Shown here: positions 30,793 to 42,100 of the stretch, piece by piece
Layout of the letters: each line of letters begins with the position of its first letter
Numbering within the stretch: the stretch's first letter is position 1
Origin: Diplonema japonicum
Lineage: Eukaryota > Protista > Euglenozoa: Diplonemea
Assembly: GCA_964019335.1 (NCBI GenBank)
Contig: OZ025727.1
Location: 248,001 to 312,000 of the forward strand
Reading direction: 5' to 3'
DNA: 64,000 bases
The notes under the pieces: model-generated
What the model saw: the letters and a program-made list of their open reading frames with translations, nothing else
Database searches by the model: none
What the model was told of the DNA's origin: nothing
Made by a program: the position numbers and the translations under genes

Positions 30793-33700
30793 ATGTATAT
30801 ACAACTATTACTGGCAGTGTTGTCCCTGTCACAGTTAGACCCCCCAGAATGCGGTGGTGTGTACAACCTGGACACAACGGCAACATCAGGTACAGTTCGA
30901 TATCCCTTCAGCGGGCAGTATGAGAACAACGTGGGCAGCTACTGCTGGAGGATTAAATCTACGAAATGGATCCACCTCACCTGGAAAACAGTGGACATCG
31001 AGGACTACGCCGAGTGTGCAAGAGTACTGCCCTGCGGTTACGGGTCATGCCCCTACCTGTTCCAGCAGCACACCTGCGACAATGACGCTCTCATTATGTT
31101 CGATTCTTCCGGCGATGCTGGCATGGAAATCTGCGGGATGAACGCTCAAAACATACTCTGGCAGCCCTCCGTAGCCGGTGACATCGTCTTCAGATTTCGC
31201 AGCGACGGTGACACAGTTGGGTTGGGGTTCAATGTTCAGTTCTCCACCTGCGATGTGAAACCGGACACCGGCTTCGCTGTTAAAAAGGCACCACGTTGCC
31301 AGTCACAAATCAACAATGTAACTACAGACCTCACCGGTACACTGAAATACCCAGAGACGGGGAATTACGACGGTGCGGTGAGTACCTGCTGGAGAATACT
31401 CTGCAACGGTCAGCTGACCCTCACGTGGAAGAAAGTCGATTTGGACACATCTGGCATCGGGTGCAACCACGACAGAATCACCATCTACGACACAGAGGAG
31501 ATCGGGCACACATTGTGCAGTGTCCCCATCGATCCCATGGTGTATCCTCCCGGAGAACTCGTCATCCACTTTGGTTCTGATGTCTGTGCACACAAATCAG
31601 GGTTCGAAGTCGATTGGTCGTGCGGGGCATGGAACTACCCTTCCCCTCCGCAGAAAGGAAGCCTTATTGCATCCGACTGCAACATCTACACGAAAGATTT
31701 TTCGGACTCAACTGGCTACCTCGCACACCCGGACACACTAAACACACAATACGGGCCAAATGAACATTTCTGTTGGCGTATTCAATGTGGCGGCCAGCTC
31801 ACTCTCACCTTCCACGAGCTTGAGATTGAAAATGTTTCCGGTTCAAGTCCGTACTGCTCCGACCATCTCATGTTCGAGCAGGACATGCTTGTCAGATCTG
31901 AGTACATCTGTGGTGAGGTAGGAATCCTCCCAGACTACCAGCCGCCTAAGAGGGGTGACCTTGGTATTCACTTCGTCAGCGACACGAATTCCAACCTTGG
32001 AGGGTTCAACTTCTCATGGGTCTGTGACAACTCACCGGACCCTCCTGCGCCTTCGGATCCTGGAATGCAGCCTCAGGCAACGTTGCCCCCTCCTGTGACT
32101 TGTTATGTTCCAACCAATGCCCCGCCAACAGATGCGCCCACAGCAGTGCCGATGACAGCGACGCCAACTACAGCGCCTGATACCATGCCCCCTGATACAG
32201 CTATGCCGCCTGGTTCTACGTTGTCACCAGCAACACCTTCCCCTGACACTTCAGCTCCATCAACAAGTGCTCCTTTAACCCAAGCTCCACCAACTTCAGA
32301 ACCGGGAGCCGCCCCCACGACACCACGCCCCGACACCCCAACGTTCGTCCCTGTGACTGTGGCACCCCCCACCACAGGACCGACAGCGGTGCCAACAAGG
32401 AGCCCTGGGATTGTTCCGACACCTGCCCCCCCGACAGAGACGACAGAGACCCTCAACAAGACGGGGATCGAGGAGGTTCTGACGAGCACTGGGAAGACTG
32501 TGATTCGCACAACGGACGGCGGGGTGACAGTGGTGGACAAGACTGAGGGTGGTGGTGGTGGTGGTGGGTTCGGCGGCTCGGTGACTGTCCCTGGAGGCCC
32601 TCAGACTGCGGTGAAGGTGAGCGGAAAGACTCTGGTGATGGGGTCAGCGAACGGGACCGTGTCCATCGTTGACATTGAGAAAACCCCCCCCACTGTGAAG
32701 GGGAGCTGGACGGCGACGGGGGAGGTGCGGAGCATCGCCATCGGGAGGTCCCTGCTGGCGGTGTCGGACAGTGCTGGGCTGAAGATCGTGTCCCTCCGAA
32801 ACCCCGAGCTTCCCATCCTGATGGGGGAGCTGAAGGTGGGCTACATGCAGGAGATGGGGTTCACGGAGGACGCGACCTTCCTGTTCGGGGTTCCCGAGGG
32901 CTCTGGGGAGGTGCTGATGTTCGACGTGAGGGACCCGACGCGGCCCTCGCTGAAGTACAGCTTGGAGGTGAAGATCCCCGTGTCGAGCGTGAGGGTGGGA
33001 AGGGATGAGGTGTTCGTGTGCGACTCGGAAGGGCTGAAGCGCTTCAACACGGGGACCCTGCCCCCTTCCCTCGCCCTCTCGCAACCGGGGGCGTGCGGGC
33101 TCCTTGCGGCGACACACGAGAGGCGGTACCTGTTCGTGTCGGACCCCGTGACAGGAGGGGCCGCCAATGCGAAGCGCATCACACAGTACTCCCTCGACCC
33201 CTCGTTAACAGCGGACGGGCTCCTCTTCTCAAGGGGACCTGTTCTCAGCATGGAGGTGTCGGCGGACGACCGGTACCTCTACGTTGCGGACAGCCTGGGC
33301 CTGCAGGTGTTCCCGTTGGTGCGGACGAACCCTGGGCGCCTCGACAACCCTTTACTAAAGCTGGAAGGTACAGTCCGTACAGGGACGAAAGCAAATGGGA
33401 TGAAGGTTTTGGACAAGTCACAAATGGTGATTGCAGCTGACGACGAGGGGCTCAGCAGCTTCTTCAACATCTTCGACTCGAAGAACTCGGATGGGAGGAA
33501 GAAGTGGATCACTGGTGGGGCGACAGCTGTGGAGACATCTCTGGACGGACGGTGGGGTTTCTACGGGAAGGGGAGTGCTGTGACTGTGTTCGAGGTGGTG
33601 ACGCTGAACACTGTGACGACTGTGGCGACACCTTCTGAGGTGCGGTCGATGGCATTGTACGCTAATATACTGTACGTCACCTGCATAGATGGTGTCTACA

Positions 33701-35865
33701 GCTACAGTCTGAATGACCTTCCACAGGTCTCGTTCCTATCGACGGTGCTGACGAACACTGTCGACGCGGTGTCCTCTTCTTCTGTGAACAGGACGCTTTG
33801 GTATGTGGCAGACGGTCGGGCGGGCGTTAAAGTTTACAACACAACCATCTCCACCACACAACCCATCATCGCTACCAACACAGTGGGTGAGATACGCAAG
33901 GTTGTTCCTTTCAAGCAGTACCTCCTTGCGGCAGATGGGGTCGATGGGCTGAAGCTGTACAAGGTTGACACAGAGTCGAGGGTTGCAGAGCTGCTTGCCC
34001 GTCTTGAGACTTCTGAAGCGATCTACGACATTGTCCTCGAACCAGAGACGATGAAGGGCTACATAGCTGAAGGCAGGCGGGGGGTCTCCTCCTTCAACTG
34101 CGGAACACTTGACAAGATCACTGTCACAAGCACAGTGGACCTCGTTGACTCCGTCTTCCTTTCCCTGACTGAGTACAGTGGCTCTGGGTACATCCTTGCT
34201 GGGGACAGAACTGGCCTTCTCTCTGTTATTGAACTCATCAAGGAGGTACCGATGTACCTGGAGAGCCCGTGGCCTGAGTACGCTGTAGGGGTGGGGTTCG
34301 AGACGAAGCTGACACCGAAGGAGGTTGCGAGCAGGGAGGCGACCTCTGTGGAGGTGAGGTCGGTTGTGCGGATCGCAAGCGGTCGGGAGGCGGCTTGGCC
34401 TGAGTGGCTGGAGTACTCGGACCCCCTGCTGCTTCGGGGGACTCCTCCAAAGGAGCTGACTGGGCAGGAGGTGGTGTTGAAGTTCGCGGTGGAGCTCCCG
34501 AACGGGGCAGTTCACGAGGTCTTCTACACGCTGTCGATCGTACCGAGTCTGAAGGTTCGGAACGAGCTTGGGAAGCCGCAGGTGGTGACACCGGCGAACA
34601 CTGGGGTGGCGACGCTGCAGCTGGAGGCACCTCGGTCAGGGGAGTTCCTCCCGGAGCAGGGGGCTGTGTCGGTGACATCGAAACCTGTTGAAGGGAGCCT
34701 GCGGGTCTACGGTCCTGTTCCCGACCTGAACGACTTCCTGAAGGGGCTCCGGTTCGACCTGAAGGAGCCTTCGGAGAACCTGTCGAGGGTGACGCTGCTG
34801 GTGACGGACGACGTGAACCAGGGGGCTGTGCAGTACAACATCACGGTGGCGGACCTGAAGTTCAACATGCGTCCTGTTTTTGAGGGCAACAAAAACAACA
34901 CCAACAACAACAACAACTGGGACCCAACAGCGACAACAGGACAAGGCTTTCGCTTCCAACTGGTTCCTATCCGGGTGTCGGACCCCGATGGGGACGCGCT
35001 GACCCTGTCTGCTGTGGAGGTGGGTCGGCAATCCCTCCCCGGGTGGCTGGAGCTGGACCCGTCTGGCTACTTCTACGGGGAAGCAACGGTGGAGGATGTG
35101 GGGACGGTTGAGATCAACTTGACGGCGAGGGACACCTACGGCGGGGAGACGTCTCGGGTCTTCAAGCTGCGGGTGAAGCGCTCCTTCTGGGACCTGTTCT
35201 GGTACGTGTTCTCAATTGTGGCCCCGATCGTGTCTGGGCTCGGGATGCTGTACGGGGCTTGGGTGTACTACTCCCTTTTGTGGAACAACTTCGGGGGGAG
35301 GTGGTACTACTGGGAGGTCCCTCCTTCCCTGTTGTTGACCGGGGAGTGGTACCATGCGGAGAGGAAGAAGAAGAAGAAGGAGAGCAGGAGGATTGACCCG
35401 GAGAGCGTGCGAGAGATCCGGATGATGCGGCACATCAAACACTCCCTCGGGCAGAAGGTGCGGTCCCGGCTGAGGTGGGTCCTTCCCTCGGCGTACCTCC
35501 GGCACGAGCGACAAGAACCACTGGTGAACGGCGACAACCTCACCCCTTGGATCGAATACAACGAGCTCGCCCACACCTTCCGCCTTCTCTACGATGAGAT
35601 CGACGACGACGACGCGGGCATCTACTACCTCATCGTCTTCGGCCGCTTCGACGACATCCTCCAGGAGATCCGCCTCGAGCCCGCCGTTGTGAAGTCCCAG
35701 GAGCACAGGCTTCGCACGGCAGAGAAGGCGTCTGTGAGCTTCAAGGACCTCCTCGAAGAGGCTGAGGTCGAGACCCCTTTGAGTCCCAACCCTTTGGGGT
35801 ACAGGAAGATGTCGTGCTCTTTGAATCCTGAAGCACAAAGTGAGGCAGACGTCCTGCTCTTGTAG
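30793..35865 (+). CDS. Family B surface protein, copy 2 (most divergent CUB head)
   Basis: Start MYIQLLLAVLSL at 30793 by homology; same architecture as 7488..12530. Confidence 0.92.
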   Translation: MYIQLLLAVLSLSQLDPPECGGVYNLDTTATSGTVRYPFSGQYENNVGSYCWRIKSTKWIHLTWKTVDIEDYAECARVLPCGYGSCPYLFQQHTCDNDALIMFDSSGDAGMEICGMNAQNILWQPSVAGDIVFRFRSDGDTVGLGFNVQFSTCDVKPDTGFAVKKAPRCQSQINNVTTDLTGTLKYPETGNYDGAVSTCWRILCNGQLTLTWKKVDLDTSGIGCNHDRITIYDTEEIGHTLCSVPIDPMVYPPGELVIHFGSDVCAHKSGFEVDWSCGAWNYPSPPQKGSLIASDCNIYTKDFSDSTGYLAHPDTLNTQYGPNEHFCWRIQCGGQLTLTFHELEIENVSGSSPYCSDHLMFEQDMLVRSEYICGEVGILPDYQPPKRGDLGIHFVSDTNSNLGGFNFSWVCDNSPDPPAPSDPGMQPQATLPPPVTCYVPTNAPPTDAPTAVPMTATPTTAPDTMPPDTAMPPGSTLSPATPSPDTSAPSTSAPLTQAPPTSEPGAAPTTPRPDTPTFVPVTVAPPTTGPTAVPTRSPGIVPTPAPPTETTETLNKTGIEEVLTSTGKTVIRTTDGGVTVVDKTEGGGGGGGFGGSVTVPGGPQTAVKVSGKTLVMGSANGTVSIVDIEKTPPTVKGSWTATGEVRSIAIGRSLLAVSDSAGLKIVSLRNPELPILMGELKVGYMQEMGFTEDATFLFGVPEGSGEVLMFDVRDPTRPSLKYSLEVKIPVSSVRVGRDEVFVCDSEGLKRFNTGTLPPSLALSQPGACGLLAATHERRYLFVSDPVTGGAANAKRITQYSLDPSLTADGLLFSRGPVLSMEVSADDRYLYVADSLGLQVFPLVRTNPGRLDNPLLKLEGTVRTGTKANGMKVLDKSQMVIAADDEGLSSFFNIFDSKNSDGRKKWITGGATAVETSLDGRWGFYGKGSAVTVFEVVTLNTVTTVATPSEVRSMALYANILYVTCIDGVYSYSLNDLPQVSFLSTVLTNTVDAVSSSSVNRTLWYVADGRAGVKVYNTTISTTQPIIATNTVGEIRKVVPFKQYLLAADGVDGLKLYKVDTESRVAELLARLETSEAIYDIVLEPETMKGYIAEGRRGVSSFNCGTLDKITVTSTVDLVDSVFLSLTEYSGSGYILAGDRTGLLSVIELIKEVPMYLESPWPEYAVGVGFETKLTPKEVASREATSVEVRSVVRIASGREAAWPEWLEYSDPLLLRGTPPKELTGQEVVLKFAVELPNGAVHEVFYTLSIVPSLKVRNELGKPQVVTPANTGVATLQLEAPRSGEFLPEQGAVSVTSKPVEGSLRVYGPVPDLNDFLKGLRFDLKEPSENLSRVTLLVTDDVNQGAVQYNITVADLKFNMRPVFEGNKNNTNNNNNWDPTATTGQGFRFQLVPIRVSDPDGDALTLSAVEVGRQSLPGWLELDPSGYFYGEATVEDVGTVEINLTARDTYGGETSRVFKLRVKRSFWDLFWYVFSIVAPIVSGLGMLYGAWVYYSLLWNNFGGRWYYWEVPPSLLLTGEWYHAERKKKKKESRRIDPESVREIRMMRHIKHSLGQKVRSRLRWVLPSAYLRHERQEPLVNGDNLTPWIEYNELAHTFRLLYDEIDDDDAGIYYLIVFGRFDDILQEIRLEPAVVKSQEHRLRTAEKASVSFKDLLEEAEVETPLSPNPLGYRKMSCSLNPEAQSEADVLLL

Positions 35866-36324
35866 CTTTGCTACTTTGGGTGCGTTGTACGTGTTGGTTG
35901 GGCTGTCTTTCATTTTACTTTATTAATTCATAGTTGTTAGGTTAAGTGTGACAAGTTATTTTTGTGCAGTTCTTCTTTTTAACATCGAGCATTTTTAATT
36001 TCACGTGCTGCTGATACCGTGTTCTTCTGCGTGCCAACGGGAAATTTCCCAATTTGGCTGCGACAGCGATACATATCTCGACGTAAAATTGTTCTTTTTT
36101 TTTCCACGGTGGATGAAATTATAAAGTTACCATTGCTTTTGTCTTTGTGTCCGAGGAGACATCCGAACATATAATAGACAAACCGTTGGTTCGCAGCACT
36201 GAAGGAGTGGTTCTAATTTTTCTTTTGCAAGAACGAGTCTAAACAAAGGGGAACGTTGGCAACGTGTTTCGGGTTGACAAACTTCTCCAGGTTTTACCCG
36301 TCACGCCAGTTCCTCTTTTTTTTT

Positions 36325-36530
36325 TTGTTACAAATATTTATCTTTCAAAAAATGATTTTATAACTATATGCAACTTGTGCCGAGCAAAAAACTTTCGCAG
36401 CTTTTTAAAAATCTTTTTTGCTCGTGCGAACAACAAAAAAGTAAAATGCCTCCACGGCCCCGCCGTTACGGCACCGCGTTCCGCGGTCCTGAAGCGAACA
36501 ACAAAGACATATAGTCATAAAGAATTATTT
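36325..36530 (+). repeat. Downstream element shared by family B copies 2 and 5; this copy has 68 extra nt
   Basis: GTTACAAATATTTATCTTTCAAAAAATG...CATAAAGAATTATT recurs at 63560-63703. Internal CGAGCAAAAAA/TTTTTTGCTCG stem. Confidence 0.85.
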
Positions 36531-37119
36531 TTTTTTAACCGAGGACACATGCAAAAAAAAAAAAAACGTGTATTTTTCTATTTTTTCATTTGTACCCCCT
36601 GGTGATGCACGGTAAGAATCACTTTTATTTACCACTTTTATTTTGCGAAAGTGTAAGCGGCTATGTTCGGCACGAAACAATGCTTTTCCCACGAGGAGCC
36701 GTTGAAAGACACAGAGTAGTTAGTTTTGTTCCCCCCCCCCCCCCTTTGTGTTTTTGTACACATGAAACGGAATGTAGTGAATCCTTACCAGGCGTCTTAT
36801 TGGGAAAGCTCTCTCCTGGGGGCCGCTCCCATCATGTGCGTGGGTGTTTTGTGGGAAACACCCCTGACTGGTGGTAATCTACAACTTTACATGAATATAC
36901 TTTTAAAAAAAAAGCGTACCTGCGGGCGCCTGCAACACTTTCTGACATGTGTGGTTGCTTGACACCCGACCCGAGAAATCTTAGATTTTTCGATCCTGTT
37001 CGGGGGGGGGGGGTCACATGGGGGTGGTAAAGTGGGTTTTTTCAAATTCGGAAATGCAGAACACTGGAGCCGCTTAAACCATGTAAAACACCCCTTTCTC
37101 CACCAGAAAATCGATTTCC

Positions 37120-37502
37120 GCCCGGTACGTTTCACTTTTGGGCACCTACAAGGCATTATTTTGCATTTTTAAAACTGGTGACCACGGTTTGGTACCTGGC
37201 CTGTTGTCTCCCCTGTAGTTTCTGAGTTTTCTGAAAATTTTAGAATTTGACCATGGTTTGTTCCACCCTTTGAACACGGCTCTTTAGGACGCCGCTACCG
37301 TTTGAACGGCAGAGTACTGTCTTACATTGTCCGATTGTGAATCTTCTGTGTTTTGCGCGGCATTTCTGATGAATATCTATCATTTACCCGAGGTTGGGAT
37401 GGTAAGTTTGTTTTTGCAGATATTTCAGGTACCAAACTGTGGTCACTGTTTTCAAAAATACAGATACATCATTAACAAGTGCTCAGAAATGCTCTAATCC
37501 GG
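37120..37502. repeat. Decayed foldback/inverted-repeat element
   Basis: GTGACCACGGTTTGGTACCTG (37178-37198) versus CAGGTACCAAACTGTGGTCAC (37426-37446): 20 of 21 positions complementary, with weaker complementarity extending outward. Confidence 0.6.
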
Positions 37503-38662
37503 CTAATCCGATTCTGGGCACGCCGTAAACCCATCGCAATGCTCAATCCGAGTAAGCGGTGGAGTCCTGGGTCGAAATTTTATCAATCTCAGCGTCCTTT
37601 TGCTTGTTTGTCTCTTCTTGGATGACGTCTGTGAGCTTCTTATAAAAAAGCCGAAAGGAATAATCATTTTGCGTCGTCAGGTTTCTGCGTACCACGGGAC
37701 AGCTTTTTTTCTCCCCACTGGCCTATTTTATGGTCTCTATGGGTACCAACTCCCTTGCCCATGAAGGTTGGACCTCGTCCGTAGCTGTTTTGGCTTTACC
37801 TTTGCGTTTTTTGGGAACAATTTGGACACAGTATGCACACCCGTTATTTTGCGTTTTTAGCCTATCTACTCGGATTTGGGACCCACTTGGTGGGTGGATA
37901 ACAAGGTAAAGTGATGCAGCGCAGCATGAAATGCAGTTGAAAATAACTCCTCACTATAGTCGTTCTTGGAGATCCAGGGGTCGTGGGGACGAAAAAGTAC
38001 ATAGAGAAAAAAACGATTTTTCAAGACGACAAATATTTGCGCCTTGGAGTGTTATGGGTTAAAAAACTTTTTTTTTTCACGCTTAACCACGTTTTTTAGG
38101 ACCATGTGTACGGCCGTACGCCGTAGCCCTGGGGGGGGGGGGCTATGTTGGCAAGAAACGGGGAAAGGTTTTCGTTTCCGTTTCCGATATCTTTCTTGCC
38201 CCCATGTGGTTCCGGCTTAGTGCAAGAACTCTCGTACGCCAGGCGGTTTATGAAACAACAACTGAACAAAAAAAAAAAAAAAGAAGCGAAGTAGCACACG
38301 GTACGTAACCCCAGGGTACACTTGTGTGCATTCAAATAATATGTCAGAAAAAAAAAAAGTAAATCTGTGAGAAACGAACAATTGTTTATCTGTCACGTGC
38401 ATGGGGCGTCGCATCCCCCTACCTTTTGTGTGGATTTCCTTGTCACTGTATTTCGTATCCGTTACGTTGGGGTAGGAGAAAAAAAAAGGGGGGGGGAGAT
38501 GTAGTCATCCCCCCTTTTTTAAAATCACTGTAAACAAAAAATGCCGGCCGTACAACGATTTTTTACCAGCTCCCATATGAGATAAGTTGTAAAGTCGGGA
38601 GGTTCGCTCCCCCCCCCCCCCCCCCCCCGATTGTTTTTCAGTATTCTTTTTCTTTTTTGGGA

Positions 38663-38700
38663 GGCCGTTGCTAACCACTTCGTTCCTATCATAGTGAATT
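38663..38700 (+). repeat. 38-bp dispersed motif, copy 2
   Basis: See 20468-20505. Confidence 0.8.
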
Positions 38701-38756
38701 TCTTTTTCTCTTTTCCTCCTCTTTCATAAGCAAAAGAAATGTCTTTTCTTTTTTTT

Positions 38757-39061
38757 GAAGGTGAAAGGAAGGAGGGCCTTCCCAGCTGAGCCGAGCACAA
38801 GGGTGCACACACTACGATCCATCGGGAAGACAAAGGCGGTGATCGGATGGAACAGGAGGGCGATATTTGCATCACCGAAGACCAAGCATGACCTAGAGGC
38901 GTTGAAAGGACAAAGGGCAAGAGAACGAAGAGAAAAAGCGGCCAGGCTGGGGAGAAGGCCGGCAAGACCACCAAAGGAGGAGAAGCCTCTGCTGAAAGGG
39001 GATAGGTGCAGGTAGAGGATGAGAACAAGGGGGCGTCTCACAAAGACTTCCTTTAACTCAT
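38757..39061 (+). mobile_element. 5'-truncated LINE 3' end, subfamily A
   Basis: KVKGRRAFPAEP...PLLKGDRCR*. 3' hairpin 39019-39061 is identical to 401-443. Confidence 0.8.
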
Positions 39062-39145
39062 ATATTTTTTTTTCCACTTCTTTTTCTTTCCTTTTTTGCA
39101 GTTTGCTGCTTTGTAGTTCAAACCAAACAGGTTCTCTCCCCTCAT

Positions 39146-42100
39146 ATGTATGTGCAGCTGTTGTTGACTGTGCTGTCACTGGGGCAGCTCAACCCCTCAA
39201 AGTGCAGGGGGGTCTACAGGAGAGACGCAGCAGCTGAATCGGGCACATTGAAGTACCCTAACTCCGGCAATAACTACCCGAACAATGCAGACTACTGCTG
39301 GCGTATCAAGTCGACGAAGTGGATCCGGCTGGAGTGGGTGTCTTTGGACATCGAGGACATCACCGAGTGTGTAAAGGCTGACAGCTGCGGTTTCAATCCT
39401 CCCTGCACTCAGCATTCAGCATGTAGCGACGCTCTCATCGCTTATGACACTTCGAACTTGTCAGGGATGACCTTCTGCGGGATGGCAGCAAGTAATATCA
39501 TCTGGCAGCCCACCTCAAAGGGTGATGTGGTGTTCAGGTTCGTCAGCGGCCCCAAAACAACAGGACAGGGCTTCACTATCAAATGGTCCACCTGCGAAGC
39601 GAAACCCGACACTGGCTACTCCATAAAGATGGCCCCTCGTTGCGGTGGGCAGATCAAAAATATCTTGACCAACCCCACAGGCACACTGAAGCATCCTGTG
39701 ACTGGGAAATATGATCATGGTGAGAACATATGCTGGCGGATACTCTGCAACGGACAGCTCTCCCTCACGTGGAAGGCTGTTGATGTAAAAAGCAACACTG
39801 ACATCGGCTGCAATAAAGACAAGGTCACCATCTACGACAGTGAAGAAACTGAACACACACTGTGCAGAATGCCTCTCGATCCTATTGAGTACCCTCCTGG
39901 TGAGATCGTCATCAGCTTCTTCTCTGATGTCTGTGATAACGGTAATGGCTTTGAGGTGTCGTGGTCGTGCGGGGCATGGGACTACCCTACCCCTCCGCAG
40001 AAGGGTACCCTTGTCGGTGTTGACTGCAACGCTTATTCCAGTGACTTCTCCACTTCGGCTGGCAACCTTGCTTATCCCTCCACTCCTGGCTTGTACGGCA
40101 ATAATATCAAATTATGCTGGCGCATCCAGTGTGGCGGGCAGCTCACCCTCACCTATCACGAGATGGATCTTGATGATGGCGTGAATTGTGATAACGACCA
40201 TCTTGCATTCGAGCAGCAAGGGCTTGTGCGTTCTAACTTGTACTGCGGTACAGCTATTCCTGACTACCAGCCTCCCATAAGGGGCGACCTTGTTGTCTAC
40301 TTCAGAAGTGACAGTTCGCAGCAAAAACAAGGATTCAACCTGTCGTGGGTGTGCGATGACTCACCGGACCCTCCTGCCCCATCAAACCCTGGAATGCAGC
40401 CCCCGGCAACACAGCCGCCACCTTTGACAGCCTGTCCCATACCCGCCACATCTGCACCGGATACTCTGGCTCCAACTGATGCACCTGCAACCCCAGCCCC
40501 TGCCACAGCTCCACCAACAGACCCTCCCACAACACCATTTCCACCAACAGACCCTCCCACAACACCAGCTCCAGCAACAGGCCTTCCTGCAACCCCAGCT
40601 CCAGCAACAAGTGCTCCTTTAACCCAAGCTCCACCAACTTCAGAACCAGGCACTCCAGACACAGCCGCCCCCACGACACCACGCCCCGACACCCCAACGT
40701 TCGTCCCTGTGACTGTGGCACCCCCCACCACAGGACCGACAGCGGTGCCAACAAGGAGCCCTGGGATTGTTCCAACACCCGCCCCCCCGACAGAGACGAC
40801 AGAGACCCTCAACAAGACGGGGATCGAGGAGGTTCTGACGAGCACTGGGAAGACTGTGATTCGCACAACGGACGGCGGGGTGACAGTGGTGGACAAGACT
40901 GAGGGTGGTGGTGGTGGTGGTGGGTTCGGCGGCTCGGTGACTGTCCCTGGAGGCCCTCAGACTGCGGTGAAGGTGAGCGGAAAGACTCTGGTGACGGGGT
41001 CAGCGAACGGGACCGTGTCCATCGTTGACATTGAGAAAACCCCCCCCACTGTGAAGGGGAGCTGGACGGCGACGGGGGAGGTGCGGAGCATCGCCATCGG
41101 GAGGTCCCTGCTGGCGGTGTCGGACAGTGCTGGGCTGAAGATCGTGTCCCTCCGAAACCCCGAGCTTCCCATCCTGATGGGGGAGCTGAAGGTGGGCTAC
41201 ATGCAGGAGATGGGGTTCACGGAGGACGCGACCTTCCTGTTCGGGGTTCCCGAGGGCTCTGGGGAGGTGCTGATGTTCGACGTGAGGGACCCGACGCGGC
41301 CCTCGCTGAAGTACAGCTTGGAGGTGAAGATCCCCGTGTCGAGCGTGAGGGTGGGAAGGGATGAGGTGTTCGTGTGCGACTCGGAAGGGCTGAAGCGCTT
41401 CAACACGGGGACCCTGCCCCCTTCCCTCGCCCTCTCGCAACCGGGGGCGTGCGGGCTCCTTGCGGCGACACACGAGAGGCGGTACCTGTTCGTGTCGGAC
41501 CCCGTGACAGGAGGGGCCGCCAATGCGAAGCGCATCACACAGTACTCCCTCGACCCCTCGTTAACAGCGGACGGGCTCCTCTTCTCAAGGGGACCTGTTC
41601 TCAGCATGGAGGTGTCGGCGGACGACCGGTACCTCTACGTTGCGGACAGCCTGGGCCTGCAGGTGTTCCCGTTGGTGCGGACGAACCCTGGGCGCCTCGA
41701 CAACCCTTTGCTGAAGTTGGTTCGGACTGTGCAAACAGGAAGGAGGACAAACGGGGCGAAGGTCTTGGACAAGTCACAAATGGTGGTCGCAGCTGACGAC
41801 GAGGGGCTCAGCAGCTTCTTCAACATCTTCGACTCGAAGAACTCGGATGGGAGGAAGAAGTGGATCACTGGTGGGGCGACAGCTGTGGAGACATCTCTGG
41901 ACGGACGATGGGGTTTCTACGGGAAGGGGAGTGCTGTGACTGTGTTCGAGGTGGTGACGCTGAACACTGTGACGACTGTGGCGACACCTTCTGAGGTGCG
42001 GTCAATGACACGGTTCGCTGGTGTGCTGTACGTCACCTGCAAAGATGGTGTCTACAGCTACAGTCTGAATGACCTTCCGAAGGTCTCGTTCCTATCGACG

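Noticed and set aside
36685-36702. Reverse-strand TCCTCGTGG resembling an HDV L3
   Set aside because: P3 cannot form and there is no P1.
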